DNA of 32,000 nt from Marine Group I thaumarchaeote (GTDB taxonomy: Archaea > Thermoproteota > Nitrososphaeria > Nitrososphaerales > Nitrosopumilaceae): contig JACATG010000005.1 in the NCBI GenBank assembly GCA_013390905.1, positions 1 to 32,000 of the forward strand, written 5' to 3'. Below, one piece after another: positions 16,257 through 24,252 of this stretch. The translations under genes were made by a program, and so were the position numbers. The notes under the pieces are model-generated. The model was not told the DNA's origin and did no database searches. It saw nothing but the letters and a program-made list of their open reading frames with translations. Within the stretch, counting starts at the first letter, position 1; each line of letters opens with the position of its first letter.

Positions 16257-17354
16257 ATGCTAGAACAACTAGTCAGAGATTCTCAGGCGTTAGATCGAGC
16301 AATTGCAGGAGAAGAACTATCCTACAAAGATGGTCTTGATCTGATGGATTATGATAATCTACATCTACTTGGGGCAGTTGCAGATGCTACAAGAAAGAAA
16401 CTAGTTGGAGATACTGTTACTTTTGCAGCATCTTATTACATGAACTATACAAATGTCTGTGCTGCAAGCTGCCAGATGTGTGCCTTTTATCGAAAAGAAG
16501 GCGCGGATGATGCTTACACACTAACTCCACAAGAAATTGAACAAAGAGTTGCAATTGCAAAGCAGATGGGTGCTACCGAAGTTCATATCGTTGGTGGATT
16601 CCACCCAAAGCTTCCGCTAGAATACTATGAAGATATGATGAGAATTATAAAAAAGAATCACCCACAACTTAACATCAAAGCATTGACTGCAGCTGAGATT
16701 TTCTATTTATCAAAACTAACAAAAAATTCTACAAAAGAAATTTTATCTCGTCTAAAAGATGCAGGACTTGATTCAATGCCTGGTGGTGGCGCAGAACTGT
16801 TTCATCCAGAAATCCGAAATAAGATTGTCCGAGGTAAATGTTCAGGACAAGAATGGCTTGATGTGATTGAAGAGGCACACAACATGGGAATTAAAAGTAA
16901 TGTTACAATGCTTTATGGACATATAGAAAAACCAGAGCATATTATTGATCATCTCATAAAGATTCGTGAACTACAAAAAAAGACTAATGGTTTTATCACG
17001 TTGATTCCATTAAAGTTTAGTTTAGATAATACTGAACTTGAACAAGAACATTTAGTAAATGACGAATGCTCATCTGTGTATGATTTACGAATAATTGAAC
17101 TATCTAGACTTATGCTTGCAAATGTACTAAATAATATCTCAGTTTATTGGGTAGCATATGGAAAGAAACTAGCACAAGTTGCACTATCAAATGGTGGAAG
17201 TGATTTAGTAGGGACAGCATTTTCTGAAGAGATTTATCGTGCTGCAGGAAAGCCGACTGCGTCATCTGTTGAAGAACTTGCAACTATGGTAAAAGAGATT
17301 GGACGAACTCCAGCTCAGAGAAGCACTCACTTTAAAATTTTAAAAAAGTTCTAG
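16257..17354 (+). CDS. radical SAM enzyme of the futalosine-pathway family (MqnE/MqnC-type; CofH-like fold)
   Basis: 365 aa. NYTNVCAASCQMCAFY carries the CxxxCxxC [4Fe-4S]/SAM motif. The later segments GATEVHIVGG, PGGGAELF and MLYGHIE fit the MqnC/MqnE/CofGH family. The subtype cannot be resolved by eye. Confidence 0.8.
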   Translation: MLEQLVRDSQALDRAIAGEELSYKDGLDLMDYDNLHLLGAVADATRKKLVGDTVTFAASYYMNYTNVCAASCQMCAFYRKEGADDAYTLTPQEIEQRVAIAKQMGATEVHIVGGFHPKLPLEYYEDMMRIIKKNHPQLNIKALTAAEIFYLSKLTKNSTKEILSRLKDAGLDSMPGGGAELFHPEIRNKIVRGKCSGQEWLDVIEEAHNMGIKSNVTMLYGHIEKPEHIIDHLIKIRELQKKTNGFITLIPLKFSLDNTELEQEHLVNDECSSVYDLRIIELSRLMLANVLNNISVYWVAYGKKLAQVALSNGGSDLVGTAFSEEIYRAAGKPTASSVEELATMVKEIGRTPAQRSTHFKILKKF

Positions 17355-17461
17355 TTTTGTATATTTTGTTCCTAAAATCTGTTAAAAATATTTAAAATTT
17401 TCAAACAATTCTAAAGAAAGTGGAGCATTAAGATTATGTTTATTTATTATATTCAAGAGTA

Positions 17462-17854
17462 ATGTATATGTCACAAAGTGTTAGTGGACATGAAGAAAAA
17501 CTCCTTAACATGATTTTAGGCGAAATTCCTAGTTCAAGAGTCGCAATGATTTGTGATCATGATGGAAATATTCTTTGGAATAGTATTCGTGACAACACAA
17601 CTAGCTATCTTACTATGGATGAAACCAAGGAATCATTGAAGAGATCTATTGAAACTTGGAAAGAACGTAATAAATTCTCAGCAAAGATTGGAAATGGAAA
17701 ATATGCAATTGTTGCATATGACAAAATAAAGAGAATTACTATACCTCTACCAAATGATCATCTTCTGTTTGTGAGTCTTGAAGGTGAAGAATTTGGCAAC
17801 GTCAAAAATATCATGACTATCGTAGACTGGGTTAGCTCCAATATGGGACTATAG
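17462..17854 (+). CDS. hypothetical protein
   Basis: 130-aa ORF (alternative ATG at 17468) with a globular composition. No motif recognised. Confidence 0.55.
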   Translation: MYMSQSVSGHEEKLLNMILGEIPSSRVAMICDHDGNILWNSIRDNTTSYLTMDETKESLKRSIETWKERNKFSAKIGNGKYAIVAYDKIKRITIPLPNDHLLFVSLEGEEFGNVKNIMTIVDWVSSNMGL

Positions 17855-17917
17855 CTTTTTTTAAAAATCATTTTTCTGAAACATTTAACATTTAGTAATT
17901 TTTGACCTTTCTAAACT

Positions 17918-18226
17918 TTATTTGTTCAAATATTTTTTGATTGACTCTAGTTTTTCTTCCATCTTGACATGTTTGTCTCTTCTCGAATCAACCTTAATCA
18001 CAACTTCAACTCTATCAATTCCTAGATTGTGAACTGTATCCATCATCTTCTTTGATGCCTCATAGATTATATCAATACTATCTGATTCCAAAACTGTTCC
18101 CATTGAATTTATTTCATATCTAAGGTTCTTCATATTCTGAATTGATTCTATTGCTTTTGCAATGTAAAAACTGGCACTAGTAGTCCTTGTTGCTATGGGA
18201 TAAACACTAATTTCAGCCTGAATCAA
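17918..18226 (-). CDS. MTH1187/YkoF-family (DUF77) thiamine-binding-like protein
   Basis: 102 aa. AEISVYPI ... INSMGTVLE ... RVEVVIKVDSRRDK matches the ferredoxin-like MTH1187 family pattern. Confidence 0.75.
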   Translation of the reverse strand: MIQAEISVYPIATRTTSASFYIAKAIESIQNMKNLRYEINSMGTVLESDSIDIIYEASKKMMDTVHNLGIDRVEVVIKVDSRRDKHVKMEEKLESIKKYLNK

Positions 18227-18264
18227 TAGTGTAATTTGTACAAATTGGGATTAAAAGGTTTGAA

Positions 18265-18543
18265 TTATTCTGCAGACTTTTTTTCTACTTTTTTTACACT
18301 ACCCTTCCTTCTTCTAGCCCCAAAACTAATCAGTACTAACAAGAATCCAATCCCAATTAGGATCCCCGACAATGTATTGTAATCTTGGATTTCTTGCTGT
18401 GCTACCATCAAATCAAATACCTCTTCTTCACTCATCCCTACTTGACCTGCTGGCATTGAGGCACTAATACTTGCAGTAAGTATTATTCCTACAATTACCA
18501 TTGCAAGACCGCCTATTAGCATTTTTTTGTCAACAAGAACCAA
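18265..18543 (-). CDS. hypothetical two-TM membrane protein
   Basis: 92 aa with two hydrophobic helices (IGGLAMVIVGIILTASI; GILIGIGFLLVLISFG) and a basic tail. Confidence 0.55.
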   Translation of the reverse strand: MVLVDKKMLIGGLAMVIVGIILTASISASMPAGQVGMSEEEVFDLMVAQQEIQDYNTLSGILIGIGFLLVLISFGARRRKGSVKKVEKKSAE

Positions 18544-18666
18544 TTCTAGTAGTATTTGGGTTTAATCATATATTATCTATTTTCTTTTTCTTATCCCTAG
18601 AAACTCGGATAGTTTTACAAAATTTCTTGATATTTCATTTGATATACAATTAAGAAAACAAAAAAT

Positions 18667-19953
18667 TTAGAATCTACTCAGAATATCTATTGTATTAATT
18701 TGATCTTGGTGATCTGCCAAGTAATACAAAATTCCATCAGAGTCAATTTCTATCCACTCTGATTCTCCTTTGTAGTTTACAATATCTTCAAAAAAAGCAT
18801 TGTTAACACCTGTTAGATGCAATAGTGCCTTTTCATCTGTAAATTTTATTGGCAGTTTGATTAATTTATCTCTAAAGATACTCTGTCCCTGAATGTTGAT
18901 CTTGTATTCTTCTTTGTCTATCTCTGCAATTCCAAAAAAGTGGTTTGGGAACATATCTAAGCGTTTAATCTTTATCGATATTGTTTTTTTCAGTTCATTA
19001 TCCATGTTTTTTCTTTGATTTTCTATATTTTCTCCTTCAATATAGTTAATTTTATTTTTATACCCGACAGATTCATCTTTGAGTGATTTTATTGTGGATT
19101 CATAGTCATGAATTTGGTTTGAAAGTGTTTCCAGTAGTTTGTTGGTTTTAGTAAGATCATTAATCACTGTAACCAGTTCTACTTTTTGCTCTTGATTGAG
19201 ACCTTCTAATTCATTAACTGTATCTGAATATTGCAAATTTTGTTTTTCTAATTTGATTATGTTTTGCTCGCTTTTTGTCTGTTTCATATCAACCACATCA
19301 AACTTTTTATCAAATGATTTTATTTTGTTTTTATATACCAAAATCTTTTGTTTTTGAATAAAACTCTCATCTCTTAGTTCGACAATCACAGATTCGTATA
19401 CTTCTTCACCTTGAACTAACAAATTAAGACTTTCTCTGTTTTCTTGAGTTCTTTCTTTTAATGCAAAAATTAACTGCTTTTTATTTTGATCTTCTAATTT
19501 TAATAATTCAATATTATTTTGATATGATATTGCATTTTCTTTTAACTTGTCAATTTTATCATCATATTTTTTATTCTCTATCTTTAGATTGTTTAATTCA
19601 TCAACAAACTCAGATTTGACCTGCACTAGTTTGTCATTGTTTACATTTGCTGATATTAGCTGTTCTAGAATATTATTATTGTTAATCCACGCATCAATAT
19701 TTTTTGAGAACTGTTTGTTTGTTTCTCTTAGTGCTTTTATTTCATTTTTTATTGCTTGATAATCATCAAACATCTTTGTAAATGATATTGGATTTTTTGT
19801 TGATTTGTTTATCTCTTGACTCTTGAGTAAAATTCTATATTCTTTGTTTTCTTCACGAAAATCTTTTACCTCTTCTTGGAATACTTCACTTTTTGCTTTT
19901 AGATACTCAACTTGTCTTTGAACTTCTTTATCATAAGTTGATGAAATTGTCAC
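18667..19953 (-). CDS. long coiled-coil protein with a C-terminal globular domain
   Basis: 428 aa. About 330 residues are K/E/N/Q-rich heptad-like sequence, followed by a distinct roughly 90-aa C-terminal domain (FPNHFFGIAEIDKEEYKINIQGQSIFRD ... WIEIDSDGILYYLADHQ). Confidence 0.7.
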   Translation of the reverse strand: MTISSTYDKEVQRQVEYLKAKSEVFQEEVKDFREENKEYRILLKSQEINKSTKNPISFTKMFDDYQAIKNEIKALRETNKQFSKNIDAWINNNNILEQLISANVNNDKLVQVKSEFVDELNNLKIENKKYDDKIDKLKENAISYQNNIELLKLEDQNKKQLIFALKERTQENRESLNLLVQGEEVYESVIVELRDESFIQKQKILVYKNKIKSFDKKFDVVDMKQTKSEQNIIKLEKQNLQYSDTVNELEGLNQEQKVELVTVINDLTKTNKLLETLSNQIHDYESTIKSLKDESVGYKNKINYIEGENIENQRKNMDNELKKTISIKIKRLDMFPNHFFGIAEIDKEEYKINIQGQSIFRDKLIKLPIKFTDEKALLHLTGVNNAFFEDIVNYKGESEWIEIDSDGILYYLADHQDQINTIDILSRF

Positions 19954-19962
19954 AATTCCTTT

Positions 19963-20145
19963 TTATGTTAGATAATCTATTGCGTCAACAAATTCCTCAT
20001 TTGTTATTTCATCAACAGTCAATAGTGATAGAGTTGTTTTTACCCAATCAGGAATTTCTGCTTTTTCTGCAAAACTTTAACTAATTCCCGAAATTGTAAT
20101 AATTCCTGCAAGAACAATTATCATTATTATCGCTATACGCACCAA
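19963..20145 (-). pseudogene. small signal-anchored protein with an IPDWVK-type C-terminal motif, interrupted by an in-frame TAA
   Basis: The reverse strand reads (L/V)VRIAIIMIIVLAGIITISGIS, then TAA at 20077-20079. The same frame continues SFAEKAEIPDWVKTTLSLLTVDEITNEEFVDAIDYLT, with a stop at 19963-19965. Confidence 0.4.
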
Positions 20146-20341
20146 TGCTCACTCTCAGTAAACCTTGGTAATTATGTGATAGAAGTATACTCATATTTGT
20201 AACTAAAACACTAACATTTTTAGGCTCAAATTATCTCTGCACTAATATTTTTCTTAATCATAATTTATGATTAATTAACAAAAAAATTAAGAATCTAATC
20301 CATGTTGATAATTATTTCATAACCAATAATTTTCTTATTTT

Positions 20342-21334
20342 ATGTCAATAAATTTGATTGTATTCTACTCGTTTAAATTAGTCATCCTAGATAACTTTGT
20401 GATTTACGTGCAAGCTTTCAAATCTAATTCTAATTGTTCACGTTGTGGAAAAAACTCTTTATTGACTGATGAAGATACTGGAGAACAATTTTGTTCAAAG
20501 TGTGGTTATGTGGCTTCTGAAAAATTACAAGCATCAGGTCCAGAATGGAGATCATTTCAAAAAGATGGTGGGTCAGACCCAGCAAGAACTGGTGCACCAT
20601 CATCACTTACGATACATGATATGGGGTTATCTACAGTTATCAATCCTCAAAACAGAGATGCGACTGGAAAACCATTAACTGCTTCAATGAAAAGTACAAT
20701 TGAAAGACTCAGAACTTGGGATAATAGAAGTCAAGTTCATGAACCTGCTGATAGAAATTTGAGACAAGCACTTAGTGAATTAAATAAGCTAAAAGATAAG
20801 GTTGCAATTTCTTCAAATGTTCTTGAAAAAGCTGCTTACCTTTACAGAAAGGCTTTGGAGAAGAAACTAGTTCGTGGTAGATCCATATCTGCTATGATTG
20901 CTGCATCACTTTATGCTGCCTGCAGAGACACCGAAACACCTAGAACCCTAAAAGATATTGCTGATGCGGCTAATGTTAAACGAAAAGATATTTCAAGATG
21001 TTATAGATTGTTGCATAATGAATTAAATCTAAAGATGCCTGTTGTAGATTCAATACAATGCATTGCAAGAATTTCAAGCAAACTAAACATTCCAGAAAAA
21101 ACAAAACGATATGCAATTGAAGTACTCAAAGATGCACAAGAACGTAAAGAATCAGCTGGAAAGGATCCCATGGGCCTTGCAGCAACGGCATTATACCTAT
21201 CTTGTGTCCAAAACGGAGTATCTATCACTCAACGGGACCTTGCAGAAGCTGCTGGTGTCACTGAAGTTACTATAAGAAATCGCTACAAGGGATTAAAGGA
21301 AGGAATAGCAAACGTAGAATCTAAATCTTTGTAA
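20342..21334 (+). CDS. tfb: transcription initiation factor B (TFB/TFIIB)
   Basis: N-terminal Zn ribbon CSRCGKNSLLTDEDTGEQFCSKCG, then a linker and two cyclin-fold repeats (RGRSISAMIAASLYAACR; KDPMGLAATALYLSC). The real start is probably the GTG at 20399 or 20408, because the first 20 or so codons from the 20342 ATG are hydrophobic filler. Confidence 0.93.
   Translation: MSINLIVFYSFKLVILDNFVIYVQAFKSNSNCSRCGKNSLLTDEDTGEQFCSKCGYVASEKLQASGPEWRSFQKDGGSDPARTGAPSSLTIHDMGLSTVINPQNRDATGKPLTASMKSTIERLRTWDNRSQVHEPADRNLRQALSELNKLKDKVAISSNVLEKAAYLYRKALEKKLVRGRSISAMIAASLYAACRDTETPRTLKDIADAANVKRKDISRCYRLLHNELNLKMPVVDSIQCIARISSKLNIPEKTKRYAIEVLKDAQERKESAGKDPMGLAATALYLSCVQNGVSITQRDLAEAAGVTEVTIRNRYKGLKEGIANVESKSL
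20372..20380 (+). promoter_or_regulatory. candidate archaeal TATA box for tfb
   Basis: tttaaatta lies 19-28 nt upstream of the in-frame GTGs at 20399 and 20408. This spacing would fit a leaderless transcript. Confidence 0.3.
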
Positions 21335-21353
21335 CACACTAAAAATAATTGAG

Positions 21354-21361
21354 TTTTTTTT
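21354..21361 (+). terminator. oligo-T tract downstream of tfb
   Basis: T8 run 20 nt after the tfb stop. Archaeal RNA polymerase terminates at oligo-T stretches. Confidence 0.35.
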
Positions 21362-21690
21362 AAACTGAATGATCACCCATTTTTTAATTTTCATATGCCA
21401 AAAATTTTAAAGATATTGAAAGTGATGATCCCACACAAAAAAACTACACCAAATTATATGATCGCATTAACCAAGATTAACTTATTAATCTCCTTATCAA
21501 GAAATCAGAGAAAGTCGGAACATAATCAAAATAAGATTATCCAATGCCCCTCTCAAGGATTGATTGTCTTAGAATGTTTTCTATCTTTCTTTAATTAAAT
21601 TTCTTGTTTAATTTCAATTAAAATAATTCCCTAACAAATCATACTTTTGCTTTTAGTCAAACACAGATTTTTGAGTCTAGTCTGAACTAC

Positions 21691-21707
21691 TAATCCTTAT
21701 CGATAAA
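21691..21707. repeat. left copy of the target-site duplication (taatccttatcgataaa)
   Basis: Exact 17-mer repeated in direct orientation at 24946-24962. It is the complement of the aEF-2 C-terminal codons (F)IDKD plus the stop. The true TSD is 13-17 bp, because the A/T runs are shared with the TIR ends. Confidence 0.85.
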
Positions 21708-21777
21708 AATAGAACGCCCCTTTTCACGAATGAAAAGTCCTACTAATCCACGTTATAATGTAAAGTTAATTCGTTGA
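21704..21777. repeat. left terminal inverted repeat (74 bp)
   Basis: taaaaatagaacgccccttttcacgaatgaaaagtcctactaatccacgttataatgtaaagttaattcgttga is the reverse complement of 24873-24947, except for one extra G/C in a homopolymer. Confidence 0.92.
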
Positions 21778-21798
21778 AAAATTGTTATAACTTGAATT

Positions 21799-22149
21799 TT
21801 GATAAAAATTTCATGGAAGCTTAGAGGACTAGGTAAACTAGGCAAAAAGGAAATTGAGCATATAGATATCATAGAAAAAGACGGTTGGTTATACTATTGC
21901 TACAAGGTATTACGAACAAAGAAGCTAGCTAGTGCAATTATTCAGAATAGCATTGATGATATTGGAAGAATAAAAGAAGAGACTAGAGAAGTCAATCTTA
22001 ACGGCGATGATAAACGGTTTTGGTTAGGTCGATTAGTGGATATTAATGATGGAAAGAAGAATGATTCTACTTCGTTAAATCCAGAATTTTTTGCAGAGAG
22101 ATTTGAATTGAATGATGATTATTTCAAACAAGCCAGTTGTTTTATTTGA
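21799..22149 (+). CDS. hypothetical protein (element cargo)
   Basis: 116-aa ORF starting 22 nt inside the left TIR boundary. It has no ATG (TTG start at 21799), so the start is uncertain. Globular composition, no motif recognised. Confidence 0.4.
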   Translation: MIKISWKLRGLGKLGKKEIEHIDIIEKDGWLYYCYKVLRTKKLASAIIQNSIDDIGRIKEETREVNLNGDDKRFWLGRLVDINDGKKNDSTSLNPEFFAERFELNDDYFKQASCFI

Positions 22150-22227
22150 TCGTAATATCATCCAAAATATGATAAGGTTACCTAGAAATTGATGTATGTT
22201 TTTATTAGTTTATGATGGTTAGATAGT

Positions 22228-22350
22228 ATGGCAAGTAAAGAATGTATTAGATGTATTGAATGGATTCAAATCAGCCCTTACAAATTTATGTGTAACATTT
22301 GTGAGAAAATTTTCCACCTAGACTTGTCAAAAGCAAGCCAGACAGTATGA
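22228..22350 (+). CDS. small zinc-ribbon protein (40 aa, element cargo)
   Basis: Hand translation: MASKECIRCIEWIQISPYKFMCNICEKIFHLDLSKASQTV (CxxC ... CxxC). Confidence 0.4.
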   Translation: MASKECIRCIEWIQISPYKFMCNICEKIFHLDLSKASQTV

Positions 22351-22499
22351 CGAAACAATTAATGACAATCCTTTAGAATTATCTTAGAATCTTTAACAGA
22401 AATAGAAAATCCGTATTCTGGAACTCCGATTCTAAATTACTCCGTGGCATGAGAAGGAATGATTATAATTACTGATCAAATAAATGAATTCGATTTCTA

Positions 22500-22967
22500 A
22501 TGACGCAAATTGTCTTTGCTGTAATTTCCATAGTAATTACCATTTCAATCATGTTAATAGCCAAATACATTGACCGTGTAAAGTTCAAGGGACTTACTGG
22601 ATCACACAAAATTGTAGTAGTTGTTTCTATGTTAGCAATAGCTGGTGAACTAGTGTATCTGTCAACTTCATTTGGATTACTTGAGTATGTGTTCGAAATA
22701 ATTGCTTCTATAGGTGTTGGTCTAGTGGTGTTGGGTATAACCTTCCAAAATAAACTAAAAAATGCAGCTGCAGGTCTAAGTATCTTCTTAGGTCCACAAG
22801 TTAATTTAGGAGATATTATAGAAATTGATAATAAAGTAGGTGTAATCAAAGAGATTCATTTAACAAAAACCATTATCGAATTAAAAAACGGAAACGAAAT
22901 GTGGATACCTAATGTGAAATTTGACGAAGAGATAATAATTACTCACAAAGAAAATAAACAGGATTAG
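22500..22967 (+). CDS. truncated MscS-like mechanosensitive channel protein (element cargo)
   Basis: 155 aa with hydrophobic helices followed by IGVGLVVLGITFQNKLKNAAAGLSIFLGPQVNLGDIIEIDNKVGVIKEIHLTKTIIELKNGNEMWIPNVKF. This matches the MscS pore helix (TM3) plus beta-domain pattern (G.a.q....N...G..i.....f..GD.I.i....G.V..I....T.......G....iPN). The C-terminal alpha/beta domain is absent. Confidence 0.6.
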   Translation: MTQIVFAVISIVITISIMLIAKYIDRVKFKGLTGSHKIVVVVSMLAIAGELVYLSTSFGLLEYVFEIIASIGVGLVVLGITFQNKLKNAAAGLSIFLGPQVNLGDIIEIDNKVGVIKEIHLTKTIIELKNGNEMWIPNVKFDEEIIITHKENKQD

Positions 22968-23094
22968 CTCAATTTTTCGTTTTTATTCAAATTAACAAAC
23001 TCACGTCATCACTTTAGTTATTACGGTAAAATCATTCATAAATCGGAGCATTGCCTTTTATTGAGAGTAAAAAGGAAAAGAGAGGGAATAAGAT

Positions 23095-23247
23095 ATGAAG
23101 TATATGTGCAAAACCTGTAAAAAGAAATGTGATGATATTACAAAACATTTGATGACAGTACACAATTTTTCAAAAGAAATTATAGAATTACAACTAAAAG
23201 CAAACCCAAATAGTTATAAAACTGCCTTTGAAAAATTAGAAAAATGA
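23095..23247 (+). CDS. small C2H2-like zinc-finger protein (50 aa, element cargo)
   Basis: Hand translation: MKYMCKTCKKKCDDITKHLMTVHNFSKEIIELQLKANPNSYKTAFEKLEK (CxxC-x9-HxxxxH). A purine-rich aggaaaagagaggg lies upstream. Confidence 0.45.
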   Translation: MKYMCKTCKKKCDDITKHLMTVHNFSKEIIELQLKANPNSYKTAFEKLEK

Positions 23248-23324
23248 CAACATCAATGACGATAAAAAATCAAATAACTCAACATCCCTCTCTTCTTCTT
23301 GAGGGTATTTATGATGTTGTTTGA
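23244..23324 (+). CDS. possible 26-aa ORF (element cargo)
   Basis: Its ATG overlaps the preceding stop (ATGA). Sequence MTTSMTIKNQITQHPSLLLEGIYDVV. Very short, supported only by translational-coupling geometry. Confidence 0.2.
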   Translation: MTTSMTIKNQITQHPSLLLEGIYDVV

Positions 23325-23334
23325 CTTAGTATGT

Positions 23335-23436
23335 ATGGTAGATTTTATTGTTTGTTCAAATTGTGGTTTGTCGTATTCTACATCTGGAAATGATTCATGC
23401 AGTCATTGTAAGTTTAACACACATGTAAGATCCTAG
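23335..23436 (+). CDS. small zinc-ribbon protein (33 aa, element cargo)
   Basis: Hand translation: MVDFIVCSNCGLSYSTSGNDSCSHCKFNTHVRS (CxxC ... CxxC). Confidence 0.35.
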   Translation: MVDFIVCSNCGLSYSTSGNDSCSHCKFNTHVRS

Positions 23437-23473
23437 AATATGAATAATTTAGATTCTAAACTCTTTTTTTTGA

Positions 23474-23524
23474 AAAGGATAAGCTCGTTTTACTTACTTT
23501 ATCCTAAAGGATAAACTCGTTTAC
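23474..23524. promoter_or_regulatory. operator-like repeat cluster in the central intergenic region of the element
   Basis: Imperfect direct repeats aaaggataagctcgttttac (23474-23493) and aaaggataaactcgtttac (23506-23524). An embedded palindrome, tttatcct-aa-aggataaa (23498-23515), gives three aggataa half-sites. Confidence 0.4.
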
Positions 23525-23648
23525 ACTAAAAAATAACTACAATCCTTTCTCATCCTTCGCAAAAATAATTCAATCCCCAACAATTTTAGCATTTAACGAA
23601 ATTTCAACAAATAACTAGAATATTATAGTTCCTCTAATGTTATAGGGT

Positions 23649-23834
23649 GTGGCAGACTATTTGGGAGACAACAATAAGAGACAGGTTCATGATCTTCTTA
23701 ATCAAAAAGAAAATTGTCAAATCGATGAAATCATGATAGTGCACAAGCGATACTTTATTCCAGACACTTTTACACAGGCCAATTCTGAGGGGTACGATAG
23801 TTGTATTTGGTGCATTGGTAACTCTCATGAGTAA
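23649..23834 (+). CDS. hypothetical protein (element cargo, first gene of a 7-ORF operon)
   Basis: 61-aa ORF with a GTG start and a C-terminal CIWC pair. Its stop overlaps the next ATG by 8 nt. Confidence 0.4.
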   Translation: MADYLGDNNKRQVHDLLNQKENCQIDEIMIVHKRYFIPDTFTQANSEGYDSCIWCIGNSHE

Positions 23835-24036
23835 CACAATTACCGAAAATAATGTGAAATTTAGGCATAAAACTACAAAATTATGTCGATATATATCAAA
23901 GAGAGACATTGTCAACGACATGTTTAAAAAAATAATTAAAAAATTACAATTTGGTTCTTGTAAGACCCAAGTCGTTAATGACGTAAATGCTTTCAAAGAA
24001 TCTGAAAAAAAGAAACCAGAGGATGTAGAAAAATAA
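23827..24036 (+). CDS. hypothetical basic protein (element cargo)
   Basis: ATG at 23827 gives the 69-aa sequence MSNTITENNVKFRHKTTKLCRYISKRDIVNDMFKKIIKKLQFGSCKTQVV... It is K/R-rich. Its stop is immediately followed by the next ATG. Confidence 0.45.
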   Translation: MSNTITENNVKFRHKTTKLCRYISKRDIVNDMFKKIIKKLQFGSCKTQVVNDVNAFKESEKKKPEDVEK

Positions 24037-24141
24037 ATGACATATCATTGCAAACATTGCAGTTTTACTTGGGACGCATCAGAAGAGGATATTCAAAAAT
24101 TATTCCTTCATGAAAAGACTCACAAAAAGAAGGATAACTAA
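24037..24141 (+). CDS. small C2H2 zinc-finger protein (34 aa, element cargo)
   Basis: Hand translation: MTYHCKHCSFTWDASEEDIQKLFLHEKTHKKKDN (CxxC-x16-HxxxH). Its stop overlaps the next start (TAATG). Confidence 0.45.
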   Translation: MTYHCKHCSFTWDASEEDIQKLFLHEKTHKKKDN

Positions 24142-24251
24142 TGCTGACTTGGAATAAATGCTATAATGATCATCATGATCAATGTATGGGAAAAGCTGGA
24201 ATGTTTGATTATGGTTGTAAATGTTTTAAAAAAATAATTCCAAACAAGTAA
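24141..24251 (+). CDS. small Cys/His-rich protein (36 aa, element cargo)
   Basis: Hand translation: MLTWNKCYNDHHDQCMGKAGMFDYGCKCFKKIIPNK, with 4 Cys and 2 adjacent His. Confidence 0.35.
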   Translation: MLTWNKCYNDHHDQCMGKAGMFDYGCKCFKKIIPNK

Positions 24252-24252
24252 G

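Noticed and set aside
20254-20274. Perfect 21-bp palindrome ttaatcataa-t-ttatgattaa upstream of tfb, and the hairpin ctttgtgtat-aatc-atacacaaa at 7127-7150
   Set aside because: Palindromes made almost entirely of A/T with roughly 10-bp arms are expected about once by chance in 32 kb of DNA this AT-rich. There is no repeat of the motif or other supporting context.
21395-21598. 67-aa + strand ORF between tfb and the element
   Set aside because: It is a basic, Ile/Leu/Lys-rich sequence with no motif, lying in what would be the original tfb/aEF-2 convergent intergenic spacer. I could neither support nor exclude it, so it is not called.
22469-22849. 126-aa reverse-strand ORF inside the element, plus 23640-23996 (-) and 24591-24782 (-)
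   Set aside because: Each is antisense to + strand ORFs that carry recognisable motifs (MscS-like, zinc fingers) and tight operon geometry. Their translations are hydrophobic and low-complexity.
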